IMG/VR virus record: IMGVR_UViG_2974655483_000001
Coordinates: 64,001 to 128,000 of that record
From: a virus
Lineage: Duplodnaviria > Caudoviricetes
Strand: one strand, 5' to 3'
DNA: 64,000 nucleotides
A program made the position numbers and the translations under genes. The notes under the pieces were generated by a model. The model saw nothing but the letters and a program-made list of their open reading frames with translations. It was not told the DNA's origin and did not search any database. Positions 58,914-64,000 of this stretch are shown here, in pieces (position 1 is the stretch's first letter; every line of letters starts with the position of its first letter).

Positions 58914-59143
58914 TCTATTCAAATGGAAGTCAAGAGTGTCAGCGTATGGCAGCACTATTAGAGTCTCTTGGTGGAGAGTTTTTAGAATATAAACTCAATA
59001 ATCACTTTACTCAAAGATCATTTGAAAATGAATTTGGCGAAGGGGCGACTTATCCCCAAGTATCTTTGGATTATAAGCATGTTGGTAACATGCATGACAC
59101 ATTACATTTCCTGCAAGAGAAGGGAATGCTTGTAGGACAGTGA
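58901..59143 (+). CDS. Glutaredoxin-like protein with SxxC site
   Basis: AVIYSNGSQECQR...FGEGATYPQV...HVG glutaredoxin pattern. Confidence 0.7.
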   Translation: MQAVIYSNGSQECQRMAALLESLGGEFLEYKLNNHFTQRSFENEFGEGATYPQVSLDYKHVGNMHDTLHFLQEKGMLVGQ

Positions 59144-59190
59144 CGAAAGTGTCTCATTGGTTGTCCAACGGTAGGAATCTCTGCTATAAT
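59136..59190 (+). promoter_or_regulatory. Early sigma70-type promoter with upstream imperfect palindrome
   Basis: GACAGT-N6-AGTGTC, then TTGTCC-18-TATAAT with TG extension. Confidence 0.7.
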
Positions 59191-59213
59191 TACAGGGTAA
59201 CCAAGAGAGACGG

Positions 59214-61325
59214 ATGAACACTCAGGAAGTCAAAGGCACTCTTGCCAAACTACTTGCTACAGAGAACCTGACGGTAGAGCATCGCAAGGTTAGCACTGCG
59301 TGCTTCGATGTTGATAAACGTCTCCTCATCCTTCCCATCTGGAAAACTGCATCTAACACTGTCTATGACCTTCTGGTAGGTCATGAGGTAGGTCATGCTC
59401 TATATACACCTAACGAGGACTTTGGTAGCGTCTCAAAGGCATTTGTGAATGTCTTAGAGGACGCTCGTATTGAGAAGATGATGAAGGTCACTTATCCTGG
59501 TCTTCGCAAATCCTTCTTTGAAGGTTACCGAGAACTTTGGGAGAGAGATTTCTTTGGTGTTAAGAATGAAGAGGTATCAGATTTATCTTTGATTGATCGT
59601 ATCAACTTATACTTCAAAGGTAAACCTGATATGGTTTTCTCTGATGATGAAAGAACTTGGGTTGACCGTGCTGATAATACCAAATCATTTCAAGAGGTTC
59701 TCCAACTTGCACGAGAACTCTGGGAATATGTCAACCAGAAGAAAGATGAAACTGAGACTCCAATTCAACCCAAGTCGGAGAATGGTCAGCAGTCTGCAGA
59801 TACAGAAGAGGAAATAAATTTTGAAGATCAAGACGAGCAAGGAGAAGATGAAGACGGTGAGTATGAAGATACTTCTGAATTAGAAATTCCTACATACGAG
59901 AGTGGTGGAGAAATTGATGAGACTCAATCTATAACAGATGAGGCACTGTCTCAAGCACTAGAAACTTTGGTTGATGATGATGCTAAGGAATGGGTATACT
60001 TAAGTTTACCTAAGATTGATCTTGATGATTATGTTGTTCCTTATAATGTCGTTCAAGAAAATTTGAATGCCCATTATTATGGATATGATTTTGGTGATGA
60101 CCAGGAGTCCAAAGAATACTATGATCGGAATCTTTCATATGCTGTAGATCATTACAACAGTTTCAAAAAAGATACTCAGAAAACAGTCAACTACTTATGT
60201 AAGCAATTTGAAATGAGGAAGTCTGCTGATGAATACAAACGTGTAGCAACTTCTAAGACAGGGATTCTTGATACAAACAAACTGCATACTTATAAATTCA
60301 ATGATGATATTTTTAAGAAAGTTGCTATCATCCCTGAGGGTAAGAACCATGGTCTAGTAATGCATCTTGACTGGTCTGGTTCTATGCAGAGTCAACTTCT
60401 AGATACTATGAAGCAACTTTATAATCTAGTATGGTTCTGCAAAAAATGCGGTATTCCTTTTCGAGTGTATGCTTTCCAATCTGGATTTGTCACTAACCGA
60501 CAACAGTTACCAGAAGACTTGAAGCAGAGTGAGAATGAACTTGCACTGACTAATGATTTTAGATTGTTGGAGATGTTCTCTTCCAGGCAAAATGCAAAAT
60601 CATTAGAGAAGTCTATGCATCTAATGTATGTTCAGGCGTTTTCTATTGGAGGATATCGCATACAACACTACTCTGAGTATACTCTTGGTGGTACTCCTCT
60701 TGCAGAAGCAGTGTATTGTACTCGTGAGATTGTTGCTCAATTGAAAAGAGTTGAGCGTGTCAGTAAAGTAAATGTTATTTGTCTGACTGATGGTGAGTCC
60801 AATCCAATGGGATACATTAAACGAATTCCTGATGAATACCAATATGCCAACAAAGAGTTTGCTCACTCATATCTCTGCCATCAACGCAATAAAATCTTCT
60901 TCCTTCGCGATTCTCAAACTGGATATACTCGCAGAATAAATCCAATTCCTTATAATACTACAAATGAGATTGTATCTTTTTATAGAGAGATTACTGATTA
61001 CAACTGGATTGGTATTCGTATTTGTAGTAAGTCGGAATTGACACGTCTTGTGCGAGAGAGTATAGATATAGATAGGAATGAATATGAATCCATTGACAAA
61101 CAATGGAAGAAGGAACGCTTCGTTTCTATCAAAGGCAAAGCAGGATTTACTGAATCTTTTTATATGCCAAATCAAGGTTCTGGCATGGGTAGTCAGGATC
61201 TTGAGGTTAAAAATAAAAAAGAAGTCGCTACTCGCGCTGAATTGACTAGAGCATTTAAGAAACATATGGGTTCTAAAATGACAAACAAGACCATCCTTAA
61301 CGCATTTATTGAGCAAATCGCATGA
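59214..61325 (+). CDS. HExxH metallopeptidase-like plus vWA (CobT-like) protein
   Basis: HEVGH and NVLEDARIE; acidic linker; MIDAS DWSGS, GGTPL, LTDGES. Confidence 0.85.
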   Translation: MNTQEVKGTLAKLLATENLTVEHRKVSTACFDVDKRLLILPIWKTASNTVYDLLVGHEVGHALYTPNEDFGSVSKAFVNVLEDARIEKMMKVTYPGLRKSFFEGYRELWERDFFGVKNEEVSDLSLIDRINLYFKGKPDMVFSDDERTWVDRADNTKSFQEVLQLARELWEYVNQKKDETETPIQPKSENGQQSADTEEEINFEDQDEQGEDEDGEYEDTSELEIPTYESGGEIDETQSITDEALSQALETLVDDDAKEWVYLSLPKIDLDDYVVPYNVVQENLNAHYYGYDFGDDQESKEYYDRNLSYAVDHYNSFKKDTQKTVNYLCKQFEMRKSADEYKRVATSKTGILDTNKLHTYKFNDDIFKKVAIIPEGKNHGLVMHLDWSGSMQSQLLDTMKQLYNLVWFCKKCGIPFRVYAFQSGFVTNRQQLPEDLKQSENELALTNDFRLLEMFSSRQNAKSLEKSMHLMYVQAFSIGGYRIQHYSEYTLGGTPLAEAVYCTREIVAQLKRVERVSKVNVICLTDGESNPMGYIKRIPDEYQYANKEFAHSYLCHQRNKIFFLRDSQTGYTRRINPIPYNTTNEIVSFYREITDYNWIGIRICSKSELTRLVRESIDIDRNEYESIDKQWKKERFVSIKGKAGFTESFYMPNQGSGMGSQDLEVKNKKEVATRAELTRAFKKHMGSKMTNKTILNAFIEQIA

Positions 61326-61465
61326 AGTGTAAAGTACAACTATTCAAAGCAGGAACAATTTTTGATGAGATTGTTATTGCTACAGACTATGACGATGCTA
61401 AGAAAGTTGCCTTGGCACGAAACCCTGGAGCAACTATCATGGGAGTAACGGCAGTATTTGAATGA
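61322..61465 (+). CDS. 47-aa conserved hypothetical protein (MKCKVQLFKAG...ALARNPGA)
   Basis: ATGA overlaps at both ends. Confidence 0.65.
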   Translation: MKCKVQLFKAGTIFDEIVIATDYDDAKKVALARNPGATIMGVTAVFE

Positions 61466-61974
61466 ACATCTTTGTCACTGACGAGTCACCTTACAAGTCT
61501 GCACGGGTTCTACCAGACAAGCACATTGTCAAGATGCCCCTGGAGACCTGTCAGATGCTCGCTATAGTCGCCTCAGACAAGTGGGGGCATGGTTATGGTA
61601 CTTTGCCTAAGGCAGACGGTACACCCTATGCCACAGAGAAGGGAGCGTTTCGTAATCACCCCTGTACTAAGTGGGCAAACGAGACTGTGGCAAACTCTCG
61701 CTGGTTGCTGCAGCATGGGTTTGCTTTATGTGAGGAGTATGCAGCACGATATGGTAAAGTCCATACTTGCTTCAAGACTCTCCTTGCTGCTGACGAAATC
61801 ATCCCCAAAGTATCCTTGGATGATCATACTCCTTTTGTCTTTGCAGGACCTGACGAGTATAAGTATGACACCAGCATTGACATCTTCACTGCTTATAAGA
61901 TGTACATTGCATCTAAGCCATGGGTGGCATCCAACTATCTGCGTGTGCCACATCACAAACCGTCTTGGGTTTGA
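61462..61974 (+). CDS. Pyrimidine-dimer DNA glycosylase (DenV-like family)
   Basis: MNIFVTD, DKHIVKMPLETCQML, HPCTKW, EY..RYGKVH motifs. Confidence 0.75.
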   Translation: MNIFVTDESPYKSARVLPDKHIVKMPLETCQMLAIVASDKWGHGYGTLPKADGTPYATEKGAFRNHPCTKWANETVANSRWLLQHGFALCEEYAARYGKVHTCFKTLLAADEIIPKVSLDDHTPFVFAGPDEYKYDTSIDIFTAYKMYIASKPWVASNYLRVPHHKPSWV

Positions 61975-61993
61975 CCCAAATCGATCCAAGACC

Positions 61994-62002
61994 TGCTATA
62001 AT
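61994..62002 (+). promoter_or_regulatory. Extended -10 promoter for the AAA+ ATPase gene
   Basis: TGcTATAAT followed by an AAGGAG RBS; TTGACC lies 20 nt upstream (non-optimal spacing). Confidence 0.6.
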
Positions 62003-62026
62003 TAAAACATAAACAAAGGAGACACG

Positions 62027-63097
62027 ATGTCCCGCAAGTCTGAAATCACTACGGCACAACTTGTAGAGAATCTTACTAGCAATTTTGGCACGGAAGTTAG
62101 TACTGTACAAGTTCGTGATGCAGCAAATGCTCTAGGTGTATCATATCCTACGGCATGTAAACGTCTTGACTCGTACAAGTCTGGTCGTGGCAAGTGGAAC
62201 TTGACTGCTCAAGAGATTGAGCAAGCATATGAAGCACCTTCAGCCAAACCTTCTGTCGATTATATTCCTGAGAAAGATGATGCCTATGTCCAGTTTGGTA
62301 ATTTTCAGTCTGTACGCAAGGTTATCCAGTCCCGTAAGTTTTATCCTGTTTTTATCACGGGTCTTTCTGGTAACGGTAAAACACTTTCCGTTGAGCAAGC
62401 ATGTTCTATCACAAAGAGAGAGTTAATTCGTGTCAACATCACGATCGAAACAGATGAAGACGATCTTATTGGTGGTTTTCGCCTTGTCAATGGTGACACT
62501 GTTTGGCATAATGGTCCAGTCATCGAAGCTCTGGAACGGGGAGCTGTACTTCTTCTAGATGAGATTGACCTAGCATCTAACAAGATTCTTTGTCTGCAGT
62601 CTGTTCTTGAAGGTAAGGGTATTTTCCTCAAGAAAATTGGTAAGTATGTAACCCCTAAGGCAGGATTCAATGTTATTGCAACTGCAAATACTAAAGGTAA
62701 AGGCAGCGATGACGGTCGTTTTGTTGGAACTAATATTCTCAATGAAGCATTCCTCGAACGTTTCCCGATTACCTTTGAGCAAGATTATCCATCTGCATCG
62801 GTAGAAGAAAAGATTCTACGAAATGTTGGTTGTGATACTATCTTTGCAGAGAATCTTGTTAAGTGGGCAGGTGTAATTCGTAAGACTTTCTTTGATGGTG
62901 GTGTTGATGAAGTGATCACAACCCGTCGTTTGGTTCATATTGCACAAGCAATGGAAATCTTCAATGATCGTTTTACTGCTATTACTATGTGTGTCAATCG
63001 TTTTGATGACGATACTAAGCAATCTTTCTTAGACCTCTATACTAAGGTTGACGCTGGAGAAGATTCCGAATATAATGAAGAGGATGAAACCATTTAA
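62027..63097 (+). CDS. cobS: CobS/MoxR-like AAA+ ATPase
   Basis: GLSGNGKT Walker A, LLLDEID Walker B, ATANTKGKG, NEAFLERF. Confidence 0.88.
   Translation: MSRKSEITTAQLVENLTSNFGTEVSTVQVRDAANALGVSYPTACKRLDSYKSGRGKWNLTAQEIEQAYEAPSAKPSVDYIPEKDDAYVQFGNFQSVRKVIQSRKFYPVFITGLSGNGKTLSVEQACSITKRELIRVNITIETDEDDLIGGFRLVNGDTVWHNGPVIEALERGAVLLLDEIDLASNKILCLQSVLEGKGIFLKKIGKYVTPKAGFNVIATANTKGKGSDDGRFVGTNILNEAFLERFPITFEQDYPSASVEEKILRNVGCDTIFAENLVKWAGVIRKTFFDGGVDEVITTRRLVHIAQAMEIFNDRFTAITMCVNRFDDDTKQSFLDLYTKVDAGEDSEYNEEDETI
63048..63076 (+). promoter_or_regulatory. Sigma70-type promoter inside the cobS 3' end
   Basis: TTGACG-17 nt-TATAAT upstream of the 93-aa ORF and gp45. Confidence 0.7.
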
Positions 63098-63099
63098 TT

Positions 63100-63381
63100 A
63101 TGAAGTACAATGAAGACGCGCTTCTCAAGGAGTTGCGCGATTACATTTCGGGAACCTATGGTCAGCATTATTCTGCTGGTAATGACAAGATTCAGACATT
63201 AGACCTTATTGAATCTTGTGGCGATGCTGAAGCATTCTGTCGCAGCAACATACTAAAGTATGCTTCACGCTACGATCGTAAGGGTACTGCCCGTCGCGAT
63301 ATTATTAAAATCTTACACTACGGACTACTTCTCCTCCACTTCTCCGACAAATCTCAAATCACTGAAACCTATCCTCAATGA
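63100..63381 (+). CDS. Conserved phage protein (DUF3310-like)
   Basis: TYGQHYS...FCRSNILKYASRYDRKG...DIIKILHY. Confidence 0.7.
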   Translation: MKYNEDALLKELRDYISGTYGQHYSAGNDKIQTLDLIESCGDAEAFCRSNILKYASRYDRKGTARRDIIKILHYGLLLLHFSDKSQITETYPQ

Positions 63382-64000
63382 CAGTAATTTCACGTCCAAC
63401 AATTGAAGTCCTTAAGAACTTCTGTTCTATTAACAAATCCATTGTCATCAAACCTGGTAATACTCTTTCCACGCTGAGCATCAATAAGAACATTCTTGCT
63501 ATTGCAGATGTTCAGGAACAGTTTGATTCTCAGATTAGTATTTACGATTTGAGTGTATTCCTTGGAGGTCTATCTCTTTTCAATGCACCAAAGGTTGATA
63601 CTTCTCATCCTAACTTTGTCACAGTAAGTGACGAAAGAGGTAAGTCTAAGACTAGATTCTTCTATGCAGACCCTGATATCATTACACAACCACCAGAAAA
63701 AGAGATCACTCTTCCATCTGTTGACTGTGATTTTGCTTTGAGTGCTGAAGTTCTTCAACAACTTCTTAAAGCTGCTTCTGTTTATCAGTTGCCTGACCTG
63801 TGTCTTTTTGGGCATGAAGGTGCTGTTCAAATTATGGTAACTGATAAGAAGAACGATACCTCTAACAGTTACTCTGTTGATCTTCCTGATGCTGTGATTG
63901 GAGACGAAGAGTTTTGTTTCTGCTTTAAAGTGGAGAACCTGAGACTTCTTCCTGGTGCTTATCATGTTATGATTAGCAAGCAAAACGTTGCCGAATTCCG
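63378..64000 (+). CDS. gp45: Sliding clamp gp45, 3'-truncated
   Basis: Manual translation MTVISRPTIEVLKNFCSINKSIVIKPGN...IYDLSVFL...FFYADP...FKVENLRLLPG; open to the window end. Confidence 0.9.
   Translation, partial: MTVISRPTIEVLKNFCSINKSIVIKPGNTLSTLSINKNILAIADVQEQFDSQISIYDLSVFLGGLSLFNAPKVDTSHPNFVTVSDERGKSKTRFFYADPDIITQPPEKEITLPSVDCDFALSAEVLQQLLKAASVYQLPDLCLFGHEGAVQIMVTDKKNDTSNSYSVDLPDAVIGDEEFCFCFKVENLRLLPGAYHVMISKQNVAEF

Noticed and set aside
277-63983. Numerous 60-240 aa minus-strand and alternate-frame ORFs in the track (e.g. 15004-15735, 7782-8333, 46775-47278, 63570-63983)
   Set aside because: They lie within well-supported + strand genes, have shadow-like composition and no recognisable motifs
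1-64000. tRNA, rRNA, CRISPR array, integrase, transposase or reverse transcriptase
   Set aside because: None recognised by eye; intergenic gaps are short and mostly explained by promoters and terminators. tRNAscan and Infernal were not run

Overview
A 64 kb, AT-rich segment of a T4-like marine cyanomyovirus (Synechococcus/Prochlorococcus phage). All credible genes are on the + strand. Order: 3' part of a giant baseplate protein (gp7-like), accessory baseplate/fibre proteins, gp8, a VrlC-like protein, a long fibre, gp13-gp16, the variable gp16-gp17 island (basic multi-module protein, petE, membrane microproteins, SNase-type nuclease, Gly-rich protein), gp17-gp23, a small island after gp23 (HNH, twin-CX3C microprotein, 2OG-Fe(II) oxygenase), gp3, uvsY, uvsW, gp55, gp47/gp46, small ORFs, a vWA-metallopeptidase plus CobS/MoxR-like ATPase pair flanking a DenV-like glycosylase, and the start of gp45. 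The main finding is that the giant baseplate protein contains three tandem domains resembling the globin core of phycobiliproteins, keeping the bilin-attachment Cys-x-x-Asp. Two neighbouring structural proteins carry type-1-copper-like His...Cys-x2-His-x2-Met motifs, so the virion may carry chromophores or redox cofactors. Also seen: two gene cassettes bracketed by duplicated 3' ends of the upstream gene, a T4-type capsid-targeting peptide, and a perfect antisense sigma70 promoter overlapping the gp55 promoter. All family assignments are from manual motif recognition and recalled sequences; no database search was run.
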